Position numbers and translations under genes: made by a program. Under the pieces are notes generated by a model that made no database searches, was not told the DNA's origin, and saw only the letters and a program-made list of their open reading frames with translations. Shown one piece after another: positions 56,093 through 64,000 of a DNA stretch of 64,000 nt. This DNA comes from an uncultured Solirubrobacterales bacterium (GTDB lineage: Bacteria; Actinomycetota; Thermoleophilia; Solirubrobacterales; Solirubrobacteraceae): assembly GCA_963705245.1 (NCBI GenBank), contig OY970062.1, forward strand, positions 557,421 through 621,420, in the 5' to 3' direction. Each line of letters opens with the position of its first letter. Position 1 is the stretch's first letter.

Positions 56093-57454
56093 GTGAAAAC
56101 CCAGCTGCCGCCCGGCCCCCGCATGCCGGCCACGTTCCAGACCCTTGGCCAGTGGAGCAGGCCTACCGCCTTCCTCGAGCGCTGCCGAGCGCGCTACGGT
56201 CCGCGCTTCACCTTGCGCACACTGGGTCAGCCGCCATTCGTGGTGATCTCCACGCCCGACGAGATCAAGGAGATGTTCACGGCCCCACCCGATGTCCTGC
56301 ACCCCGGTGAGGGAGCGCGCATACTGAAGCCGATCGTGGGTTCCAACTCGGTGATCCTGCTCGACGAGGGCCCACACCTGGAGCAGCGCAAGCTGATGCT
56401 CCCCGCCTTTCAGGGCGAGCGCACGCAACGCCTGACGGGCGTGATGGAAGAGCTGATCGAGCGCGAGGTGAGCTCATGGCCGCTGGAGCAGCCACTGGCG
56501 CTGCACCCCCATCTGCAGAACCTGACGCTGGAGATCATCCTGCGAGCCGTCTTCGGCCTGGAGCAGGGCGCCGATCTGGATGAGCTGCGCACGCTGCTGA
56601 CGGAGATCCTGGCGTTTGGCGAAAGCCCGCTCTCGCTGATCCCGTTCGCCCACCGCACATACGCAGGGCGCGGTCCCTACGCTCGCCTGCAACGATCGCG
56701 CACCCGTGCCGATGAGCTCATATTCGAGCTGATCGAGCAGCGCCGGGCTGGAGAGGGCGAGGGCGAGGGCGAGGACGTGCTGGCGATGCTGCTCGGCGCC
56801 CGTCACGAGGACGGTTCGCCGATGAGCCGTGACGAGCTCCGCGACGAGCTGATGACAGTGCTGGTTGCGGGACACGAGACCACGGCCTCACAGCTTGCTT
56901 GGGGCTTTGAGCGCCTCGTGAGAGAGCCTCGCGTGCTCGCTCGCTTGGCCGATGAGCTCGACGGCGATTCGGATGAGGCGTACCTGACGGCCACCATCCA
57001 GGAGATCATGCGCTGCCGTCCCGTGCTGATCAACGCCGAGCCGCGCCTCGTCAAGCAGCCGATTGAGATCGGAGGCTTCACTTACCCGGTCGAGGTGATT
57101 CTGTTCGCGAACGCTTACCTGCTGCACCATGATCCGCAGATCTATCCGAACCCCTACGCGTTCAGACCCGAGCGCTTCCTGGAGAATCCCCCCGGCACGT
57201 ACACGTGGATTCCCTTCGGCGGAGGCCGTCGACGCTGCCTGGGCGCCAACTTCGCCCTGCTGGAGATGAAGCTGGTGCTGCGCGCGGTGCTCGAGCGCGT
57301 GCAGCCGCAACCGGCGAGCGCAGGCTTTGAGCGAGCTCGCCGCCGGGGCATCGCCGTCAGCCCGGCGCACGGGGCACGGATCGTCCTGCACAAGCGACAG
57401 ATTGCCCACAAGCCCCTGAGCGAGACCCCGGGACCCGTCCCGGTGGCCGCCTGA
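56093..57454 (+). CDS. Cytochrome P450
   Basis: AGHETTA (I helix), EIMR (ExxR), FRPERF and FGGGRRRCLG. Confidence 0.95.
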   Translation: MKTQLPPGPRMPATFQTLGQWSRPTAFLERCRARYGPRFTLRTLGQPPFVVISTPDEIKEMFTAPPDVLHPGEGARILKPIVGSNSVILLDEGPHLEQRKLMLPAFQGERTQRLTGVMEELIEREVSSWPLEQPLALHPHLQNLTLEIILRAVFGLEQGADLDELRTLLTEILAFGESPLSLIPFAHRTYAGRGPYARLQRSRTRADELIFELIEQRRAGEGEGEGEDVLAMLLGARHEDGSPMSRDELRDELMTVLVAGHETTASQLAWGFERLVREPRVLARLADELDGDSDEAYLTATIQEIMRCRPVLINAEPRLVKQPIEIGGFTYPVEVILFANAYLLHHDPQIYPNPYAFRPERFLENPPGTYTWIPFGGGRRRCLGANFALLEMKLVLRAVLERVQPQPASAGFERARRRGIAVSPAHGARIVLHKRQIAHKPLSETPGPVPVAA

Positions 57455-57498
57455 GTGCCACGGCCCGTCCCACGCTCGGCGTGGTCTGAGCTGCCTCG

Positions 57499-58581
57499 GT
57501 GAAGATCCTCACTGTCGTCGGCAACCGTCCGCAGTTCATCAAGGCTGCGGCCGTGTCGGGGCTGCTTCGTGAGCAGCACGAGGAGGTGCTGGTGCATACC
57601 GGCCAGCATTACGACGACGCGCTGTCGAAGGTGTTCTTCGCCGAGCTGGGGCTCGCCAAGCCAGAGTGGGAGCTGGGGATCGGCGGTGGGACGAACACCT
57701 CCCAGACGGCCCGTATGCTGAGCGCTCTGGAGCCCCTGCTGAATGAGTGCAAACCCGATGCAGTGCTCGTGTACGGCGACACCAACTCGACGCTCGCGGG
57801 AGGCCTGGCTGCGGCGCAGGCGCAGGTTCCGGTCGTGCATGTCGAGGCCGGTATGCGCTCGTTCGACAGGACGATGCCCGAGGAGCTGAACCGCGTGCTC
57901 ACCGACCATCTCAGCGAGCTGCTGCTGTGTCCGTCTGAGGTGTCCGCGGCGAACCTGAGGGCGGAGTCGGCCGCCGGCAGGATCGAGGTGGTGGGCGATG
58001 TGATGGTCGACGTCGCGCTGCGCCGCCAGCCGGGGGCGCGGATCGACACGAGGACGCTGCGCAAACATGGGGTGCAGCCAAGCGAGTATCTGTTGTGCAC
58101 CGCGCATCGCGCGGGAAACGTCGATGACCCGGCGCGGCTGCGCAAGCTCGTGAAGCTGTTGCAAGCATTGCCTGGAACAGTCCTGTTCCCCCTGCACCCC
58201 CGCACGCGCGCACGCCTGCAAGAATCTGGCCTGCTGGACGAGCTGGCAAGCACGGACGGCATGAAGCTGGTCGAGCCGCTCGGGTATGTCGAGCTCAGTG
58301 CACTGCTGTGTCAAGCTCGGGCGATCGTGACCGACTCGGGAGGCGTCCAGAAGGAGGCGTATCTTGCCGGGGTGCCCTGCGTGACGTTGCGAGCAAACAC
58401 CGAGTGGGTCGAGACGGTCGAGGCCGGCTGGAACACGCTCGTGGACCTCGACGCGGAAGCGGCGCTCACAGCGCTGGCACGCAGGCCACCGGCGGAGCGT
58501 CCTGCGCTCTACGGCGACGGGCACGCGGCGGAGCGCTGTGTCGCGGCGATCGGGTCGGTCGGGTTGGTCGGAGCGTCGTGA
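57499..58581 (+). CDS. wecB: Non-hydrolysing UDP-GlcNAc 2-epimerase
   Basis: GNRPQFIK, HTGQHY, GDTNST, HVEAGMRS and TDSGGVQKEA. Confidence 0.95.
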   Translation: MKILTVVGNRPQFIKAAAVSGLLREQHEEVLVHTGQHYDDALSKVFFAELGLAKPEWELGIGGGTNTSQTARMLSALEPLLNECKPDAVLVYGDTNSTLAGGLAAAQAQVPVVHVEAGMRSFDRTMPEELNRVLTDHLSELLLCPSEVSAANLRAESAAGRIEVVGDVMVDVALRRQPGARIDTRTLRKHGVQPSEYLLCTAHRAGNVDDPARLRKLVKLLQALPGTVLFPLHPRTRARLQESGLLDELASTDGMKLVEPLGYVELSALLCQARAIVTDSGGVQKEAYLAGVPCVTLRANTEWVETVEAGWNTLVDLDAEAALTALARRPPAERPALYGDGHAAERCVAAIGSVGLVGAS

Positions 58582-59573
58582 GCGTGGATGAGCAGTCACT
58601 GATCAAGGTCGGAGTCGCGGGACTCGGGTATTGGGGGCCGAACCTCGCGCGTAACTTCGCCGCGATCGGCGGCTGTGAGCTGGCGTGGCTGTGCGACGCC
58701 TCGCAGGCTGCCTGCGAGAAGCTGGCCAGAGCCCTTCCAAGTGCGCGTGTCACTGCGGACCTGCAGGACCTGCTGGAGGACCCCGAGCTCGACGCCGTCG
58801 TGCTGGCTACACCCGTGCCGACACATGCCGAGCTCGCCGTGCGTGTGGTGAGCGCAGGCAAGCATTGCTTCGTGGAGAAGCCACTGGCGACGACCGCGGC
58901 CGATGCCGAACGGGCCGTGGCGGCGGCTGAGCGGGCGGGAAAGATACTGATGGTCGGCCACCTGCTCGAGTACCACCCGGCGGTGGACCGTCTGAAGGAG
59001 CTGCTCGACGCAGGCGAGCTGGGAGATCTGTACTACGTGTACGGCAACCGGCTGAACCTCGGCAAGCTGCGTGCCGACGAGAACGCGCTGTGGAGCCTGG
59101 GAGCCCATGACGTATCGGTGGTGCTTGCGCTGATCGGCGAGGAGCCGGTCGAGTGCCTCGCACATGGTTCGTCGTTCGTTCGCGACGGGGTCGAGGACGT
59201 CGTGTTCTGCTACCTGCGGTTTGCATCGGGCGCGGTCGCGCACCTGCACCTGTCATGGCTTGATCCGCACAAGGAGCGGCGCCTGACGATCGTTGGCTCC
59301 AAGCGGATGGCGACGTTCGACGACATGCAGATCGAGGGCAAGCTGACGGTCTACGACAAGGGCTTTGACGAGGACTCGCGCTCATGGGGCGAGTACATCG
59401 CCCGCTCGGGCGACACGTTCTCCCCCAGCGTCGGGAACGTCGAGCCGCTGCGACTGGAGTGCGAGCACTTCGTGCAGTGCGTACGCACGGACCAGACCCC
59501 GCGCTCGGACGGGCACAGCGGCCTGCGCGTCGTACGAGTGCTGGAGCAGCTGCAGCGTTCGCTTGAGGGGTGA
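58578..59573 (+). CDS. Gfo/Idh/MocA family oxidoreductase (sugar-nucleotide dehydrogenase-like)
   Basis: GLGYWG, HCFVEKP and MVGH; GTGA overlap with wecB. Confidence 0.9.
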   Translation: MSVDEQSLIKVGVAGLGYWGPNLARNFAAIGGCELAWLCDASQAACEKLARALPSARVTADLQDLLEDPELDAVVLATPVPTHAELAVRVVSAGKHCFVEKPLATTAADAERAVAAAERAGKILMVGHLLEYHPAVDRLKELLDAGELGDLYYVYGNRLNLGKLRADENALWSLGAHDVSVVLALIGEEPVECLAHGSSFVRDGVEDVVFCYLRFASGAVAHLHLSWLDPHKERRLTIVGSKRMATFDDMQIEGKLTVYDKGFDEDSRSWGEYIARSGDTFSPSVGNVEPLRLECEHFVQCVRTDQTPRSDGHSGLRVVRVLEQLQRSLEG

Positions 59574-59575
59574 GC

Positions 59576-59785
59576 CTACGCCGCCTGGGTACGGCGGCGA
59601 TCGGTCCCCTCGAACGACTGGCGACGACGACGACGGCGGCGATCGGGCCGCAGCACAGGTCCGTTTGAGTTGCCGACGGCGCGCAGCACGTAAGCGTCAC
59701 GGGTGGCGCTGTAGCGCAACGCGGGCCTCATGATCATGAGCCAATGCCTTGCGATGTATCGTCGTGGCCGTGTCGATGAGCGCAT
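59576..59785 (-). CDS. Small basic hypothetical protein
   Basis: 69 aa; GGAAGGA SD before ATG 59785. Confidence 0.45.
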   Translation of the reverse strand: MRSSTRPRRYIARHWLMIMRPALRYSATRDAYVLRAVGNSNGPVLRPDRRRRRRRQSFEGTDRRRTQAA

Positions 59786-59973
59786 GATGGATTTCCTTCC
59801 ACTCACGCCTCCCTGCGGTATCTCGGCCCGCCCTGGCCTGGGGTGTTGGATCATGCCTCGATTCGCGAGATGATGACCGGCAGACCCTGGTCCCTATCCC
59901 TTAGTACGAGCACGGGCCGATATTTCCGACCCATTCGTCTGAATATCTCGCCAGCCGTGTCTCGCCGGCCTGC

Positions 59974-60027
59974 GATCTATCTGGCGCGGCCGTGGGATCT
60001 ATCTCGCAAGTCGTGCGATCTATCTCG
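59974..60027. repeat. Three GATCTATCT direct repeats spaced 22 and 21 bp
   Basis: At 59974, 59996 and 60017; degenerate ATCTCGCC units upstream. Confidence 0.75.
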
Positions 60028-60073
60028 CCGCCTGTCCGATCCAAGCAGCGTAGGAAACCGCCGAAAGCAGCTC

Positions 60074-61075
60074 TCAGCGGACGAGAATCGGCTCGCTGTA
60101 GTTCGAGACGTGCGCGCCATCGGAGACCTTGACCAGAGCCCGGTACAGGCCGGGGTGGCGGATCCGCACGATGCGGCTGAACTGCGAGACCGTGGAAGTG
60201 GCGGCTTTGACGACGGTGCCGCCCTCGTTGACGGACTTGCCGGGCTGCAGCAGCTGGAAGCCGACCAGTGCTCCGACCTCCGCAGGAGCGACCGCCCCAT
60301 ACAAGCGCACGAAACCACGACGGCGGGTGCGGCGCGCGTGGAAGCTCACGCGTACGGCGACGTTCTCGACAACCACGGGGCTCGTAACTACCGAGCCACC
60401 GACCGTCACGACTCGCAGCTGGGCGTTTTCGAGCAGGCCGAGGAACGGAAACGAGAAGCCCCCCACGGAGTTCGTTATCTCAGGGTTACCGACGTTAAGA
60501 AAGCCGCCGAGGTAAGGAAACGTGTTTGCCTGCAGCACGACCTCGTGATTGGCGGCGCCCGTCCCGGACAGGTGACCCTCGACGAGGAATGAGTTGCCGA
60601 ACACGACCGGGTTGGGCACGCCGGCGATCTGCACCGACAAGGGGACGCTCGCCGTTTTGAAGGTGCGATCCCCACCGTTGGAAGTACCCGCGCCGTTGAC
60701 CGCGACGATCCGGTAGTGGTAGGTAGTACCGGGCTGCAAGCCCAAGACGGTCTGGCTCAGCTTGATCGAGATCGTCCCGTTGCCGGCCGGAGCGAGCGGC
60801 GTCTGCCCACCGTAGCCGCTGGTAGTGCCGTACTGGAAGACGTAGTTGGCAGCCAGCCCGTGCGCGTTGACGTAGCCGTAGAGGATGACCGAGGAGAAGG
60901 TCGCGTTGGATGAGCCAGACGTGGCAACGGCCGGCGGGGAAGCGGCGGCCAGGGCACTGGGGGCGGGCAAGGCGACCGCGAGGGCGAGCGCTGCAAGCAG
61001 GACGGCGGGGAGGACGGCGGGCAGACGCAACCCTCGTGAAAGGCGTCGGGGGCGCTTGTATGGGCGAGTGTTCAT
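60074..61075 (-). CDS. Secreted protein with fibronectin type III/Ig-like domains
   Basis: Signal peptide; YVFQYGTT and LGLQPGTTYHYRIVAVN. Confidence 0.8.
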   Translation of the reverse strand: MNTRPYKRPRRLSRGLRLPAVLPAVLLAALALAVALPAPSALAAASPPAVATSGSSNATFSSVILYGYVNAHGLAANYVFQYGTTSGYGGQTPLAPAGNGTISIKLSQTVLGLQPGTTYHYRIVAVNGAGTSNGGDRTFKTASVPLSVQIAGVPNPVVFGNSFLVEGHLSGTGAANHEVVLQANTFPYLGGFLNVGNPEITNSVGGFSFPFLGLLENAQLRVVTVGGSVVTSPVVVENVAVRVSFHARRTRRRGFVRLYGAVAPAEVGALVGFQLLQPGKSVNEGGTVVKAATSTVSQFSRIVRIRHPGLYRALVKVSDGAHVSNYSEPILVR

Positions 61076-61157
61076 ACCCGCTATATACCCGTTTGCCGAT
61101 CAAAAGTCGCGGTCAAGGCGCCAACGCGGCTGCCGGTGAGCACAAGCCACACCACAT

Positions 61158-63689
61158 TTACTCCCCGAGGACCGGGAGAGGTTGACGCAGTGAGAGGACT
61201 TCGGCAAACAGGTCTCCGTGCTCACGGACACGATCCAGCACTTCCACTGGATGAAACGCCAGCGGCGCGGCATCCTGCGTGTCGCGGCATGTCTGCACCT
61301 CATCCCAGGTCACGGGCGTGGAGACCGCTGGAGAAGCATTCGCTCGCAGCGAGTAGACCGAGACGGTCGTCTTGCGCCGATCGTTCTGGCTCCAGTCGAT
61401 CAGCACCCGGCCCGGTCGCTGCGCCTTCGCCATGCTCGAAACGACGAGCTCGGGACGGCGGTGTGCGAAGAGATCGGCCACCGCATGGGCAAAGGGCTTT
61501 GTCTGCTCGTATGTCACATCGTCATCGTTGAGCGGCACGTAGACCTGCAGTCCAGTCGATCCGGACGTCTTGGCAAATGCGTGCATCCCGAGCTCCGCGA
61601 ACATCTCGCGCAGCTCCAGCGCAACCGCACAGCACTCAACGATGCTCGCCGGATCGCCGGGGTCCAGATCGAAGGCGAGCGTGCGCGGACGCTCGATCGC
61701 CTCCGCGCACGAGAGGGAGGGGTGCAGCTCGATGTCGGCGAGGTTCGCCAGCCATACGAGCGTCGGGAGGTCCTCGCACAGGCAGTAGTCGATCTCGCGC
61801 TCGGTGCTCTCACTCCAGACCGCGGTCGTCCGCACCCAATCCGGACGGTGATCGGGGCATTGCTTCTCATAGAAATGCTCACGCTCGACACCATTGGGAT
61901 AGCGCTTGAGCGTCAGCGGCCGGCCACGCAGGTGCCCCAGCAGCACGGGTGCGATTGCCGCGTAGTAGCCGATCAGATCCCCCTTCGTGAATCCGGTCTT
62001 CGGGTAGAGCACCTTGTCGAGATTCGTCAGCCTCAGCGTTCGCCCGTCCACCTCGACCTCCACGCCGCCACGCACCCGATGCCCGCCGGCGATCGCCGTC
62101 CGGATGTCGGGAGCCTCGTTCGTCGTGGAAGCGAGACTCTCCCGCGGGGAGCGCACGCGCTCGCGAACCACCGACTTGGCCGGCTTGTCATCGCGCAGGC
62201 CCTTGTATGAAGGATGGCGCAGCAAGCCGGCTTGTGTCCACTCCGTGAACTCGACCTCACACACGAGCAGCGGCTCGACGAAGTGAGCGCCGCGCGGCGG
62301 CTGGCGCTTGGCGAACGGCGAGCTCTCTCGCGCGAGTGGATGCAGCAGGCCCGCCAGGCGCTCGAGCTCATCCTCGCCAAAGCCGGTCCCGACCCGCCCG
62401 GCATAGCGCAACAGCCCCTGCTCGTCGTAGACGCCCATATGGAGAGCGCCGATCCGAGCCGATCGCGAGCCCTTGCCTTCCGTCCAACCGCCGATCACGA
62501 CCTCCTGGCGCTGGGAGTGCTTGATCTTCAACCAGTTGTCGTCTCGCCGGCCTGGCGCGTAACGCGAGTCCAGGCGCTTGGCGATCACGCCCTCCAAACC
62601 CTGCTCGCGCGTGGCTGCGAGCAGCGCCGAGCCTTCGCCAGCTTGAAACGCGGGGACGCGCCAGCGCTCGCCGTCGAGCTGCAGATCATCCAGTCGGGCG
62701 CGGCGCTCTGAATATGGAAGGCCCATGAGGCTGTGCCCATCGAGCCACAGCAGATCGAAGAGGACATAGGTCACGGGCGTGGTCTGCGCAAGGCGGCGCA
62801 CTGCGGCCGCGCCGCGCAGATGCATGCGGGGCTGCAATGCCTCGAAGGTCAGACGACCGGTCTCGTCAAAGGCGACGATCTCCCCGTCGAGGATCGCGGC
62901 GTGCGAGCTGAGCGCACGATTGAGCGCGCGCAGCTCCGGATAGGCGCCCGTCACGTCGTTGCCGTTACGACTCAACAGCCGGATCCGCCCGGGCTGGGAG
63001 TGTGCGATCGCGCGTACCCCGTCCCACTTGACCTCGAACGCCCAGTTGGACTCATCCGCCGGCAAAGCAGAGGGTCTCGCGAGCATCGGCTCCACGAAGT
63101 CGGGGATCTCCTGCGCCGTCGGATCCAGTGGGGGGTCCATCCGGTGGATCATCCAATCCTTCTCGGTCGAGCCGGCGTGAAACAGCGCATAGCGTCCACG
63201 CAAACGCTCACCCTGGAAGACGACGATGATCTTGCCCTCCCGCCCTTTGCCGTCCCGCTCCTTGCCGTCCCGCTCCTTGCCGTCCCGCTCCTTGCCGTCC
63301 TGCTCCTTGCCGTCCCGCCACTTCTCGCATGTGTACGTGCCTCGATCCCAGACCGTCACCTCACCTGCCCCGTAGTTGCCGGCCGGGATCGTGCCCTCGA
63401 AGTCGATATAGCTCAGGGGGTGGTCCTCGACGTGGATCGCCTTGCGATTGTGCTCGGGATCCTCGGGGATCCCGTTGGGGATGGCCCACGAGGCGAGCGC
63501 CCCATCGTGCTCGAGGCGCAGGTCCCAGTGCAATCGCGTCGCATGATGCTCATGCACCACGAAACGGGCGCTCACGACGCCGCTATCGCCGTCCAGATGA
63601 TCTGACTCCGGCTCAGGCGTCGCGTCGAAGCGGCGCTTGCGCCGATACTCGCCGAGCCTCGGAGACCCCGCTTTTGCTCGCGCGCTCAT
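61158..63689 (-). CDS. ligD: NHEJ DNA ligase D (phosphoesterase-ligase-polymerase)
   Basis: HHATRLHWDLRLE (PE), FEVKWDG, EGVIAK and WLKIK (LIG), LTLKRYPNG, FDLDP, KTSGSTGLQ and IDWSQN (POL). Confidence 0.95.
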   Translation of the reverse strand: MSARAKAGSPRLGEYRRKRRFDATPEPESDHLDGDSGVVSARFVVHEHHATRLHWDLRLEHDGALASWAIPNGIPEDPEHNRKAIHVEDHPLSYIDFEGTIPAGNYGAGEVTVWDRGTYTCEKWRDGKEQDGKERDGKERDGKERDGKGREGKIIVVFQGERLRGRYALFHAGSTEKDWMIHRMDPPLDPTAQEIPDFVEPMLARPSALPADESNWAFEVKWDGVRAIAHSQPGRIRLLSRNGNDVTGAYPELRALNRALSSHAAILDGEIVAFDETGRLTFEALQPRMHLRGAAAVRRLAQTTPVTYVLFDLLWLDGHSLMGLPYSERRARLDDLQLDGERWRVPAFQAGEGSALLAATREQGLEGVIAKRLDSRYAPGRRDDNWLKIKHSQRQEVVIGGWTEGKGSRSARIGALHMGVYDEQGLLRYAGRVGTGFGEDELERLAGLLHPLARESSPFAKRQPPRGAHFVEPLLVCEVEFTEWTQAGLLRHPSYKGLRDDKPAKSVVRERVRSPRESLASTTNEAPDIRTAIAGGHRVRGGVEVEVDGRTLRLTNLDKVLYPKTGFTKGDLIGYYAAIAPVLLGHLRGRPLTLKRYPNGVEREHFYEKQCPDHRPDWVRTTAVWSESTEREIDYCLCEDLPTLVWLANLADIELHPSLSCAEAIERPRTLAFDLDPGDPASIVECCAVALELREMFAELGMHAFAKTSGSTGLQVYVPLNDDDVTYEQTKPFAHAVADLFAHRRPELVVSSMAKAQRPGRVLIDWSQNDRRKTTVSVYSLRANASPAVSTPVTWDEVQTCRDTQDAAPLAFHPVEVLDRVREHGDLFAEVLSLRQPLPVLGE
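63231..63318. repeat. 15-bp in-frame tandem repeat (DGKER)n inside ligD
   Basis: About six CTTGCCGTCCCGCTC-type units. Confidence 0.92.
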
Positions 63690-63760
63690 GACACCCGAGC
63701 ACTTATACCCGAGACTGACCTCTCTGACACCCGAGGACGGTCATCCTCCAGGCGTTCTAT

Positions 63761-64000
63761 TCAGCCGCTGACAGCGAACGAGGGATCCACAGAAGTCTCC
63801 CGTGCCCGCCACTCCTGGAGGGCGAGCAGCGATCCGTCGATGATCCGGTTGAGGAACTCGGTACGGTCGTTGACATGCGGAAAGGACTCCTGCGGGACGG
63901 GGAGCTCGAGGAACTCACACAGGGGCTCCCAGCCTTCGGTGACGCTCCAGACGAGCAGCCGCTCTGGCGGGACGGTGCTCTTGACTGTCTCGACGTGGCG
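63761..64000 (-). CDS. Sulfotransferase-family protein, 3' part only
   Basis: PPERLLVW...EGWEPLCEFLELPVP...FPHVND motif; TGA at 63761-63763. Confidence 0.8.
   Translation of the reverse strand, partial: RHVETVKSTVPPERLLVWSVTEGWEPLCEFLELPVPQESFPHVNDRTEFLNRIIDGSLLALQEWRARETSVDPSFAVSG

Noticed and set aside
56093-59573. P450-wecB-Gfo/Idh/MocA as a biosynthetic gene cluster
   Set aside because: No scaffold synthase, glycosyltransferase or transporter; co-orientation alone is insufficient
59974-60027. oriC DUE 13-mers or DnaA boxes
   Set aside because: Only the GATCT start resembles 13-mers; no AT-rich unwinding region, no TTATCCACA cluster and no dnaA nearby

Overview
High-GC actinobacterial chromosomal segment; gene content and order suggest class Thermoleophilia, order Solirubrobacterales (inference). 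The core is the conserved actinobacterial block rsmI-metG-tatD-rsmA-ispE-tRNA-Gln-glmU-prs-rplY-pth-mfd-prsA-eno-ftsB, with tRNA-Leu(TAA) and ppx nearby. It is followed by mdh, icd, an AidB-like acyl-CoA dehydrogenase, a three-subunit SdhA/SdhB/HdrB-like (type E) succinate dehydrogenase/fumarate reductase, a P450, wecB and a multidomain LigD. No integrase, transposase, CRISPR array, rRNA or prophage was found. Most notable: (1) an orphan csrA with Asp at the position of B. subtilis Asn55, followed on the same strand by an array of AGGACG repeats resembling a CsrB/RsmZ-type sponge; (2) a Fic-wHTH gene bracketed by two AT-rich 67/68-bp imperfect direct repeats; (3) a coiled-coil/(GRP)n/winged-helix candidate nucleoid protein; (4) a repeat-expanded, out-of-frame N-terminus in front of padR; (5) many short tandem duplications inside and between genes; (6) a candidate structured ncRNA at about 990-1154; (7) a pth gene that needs a CTG start or read-through from rplY. 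Product calls come from motifs recognised by eye; no database searches were run.
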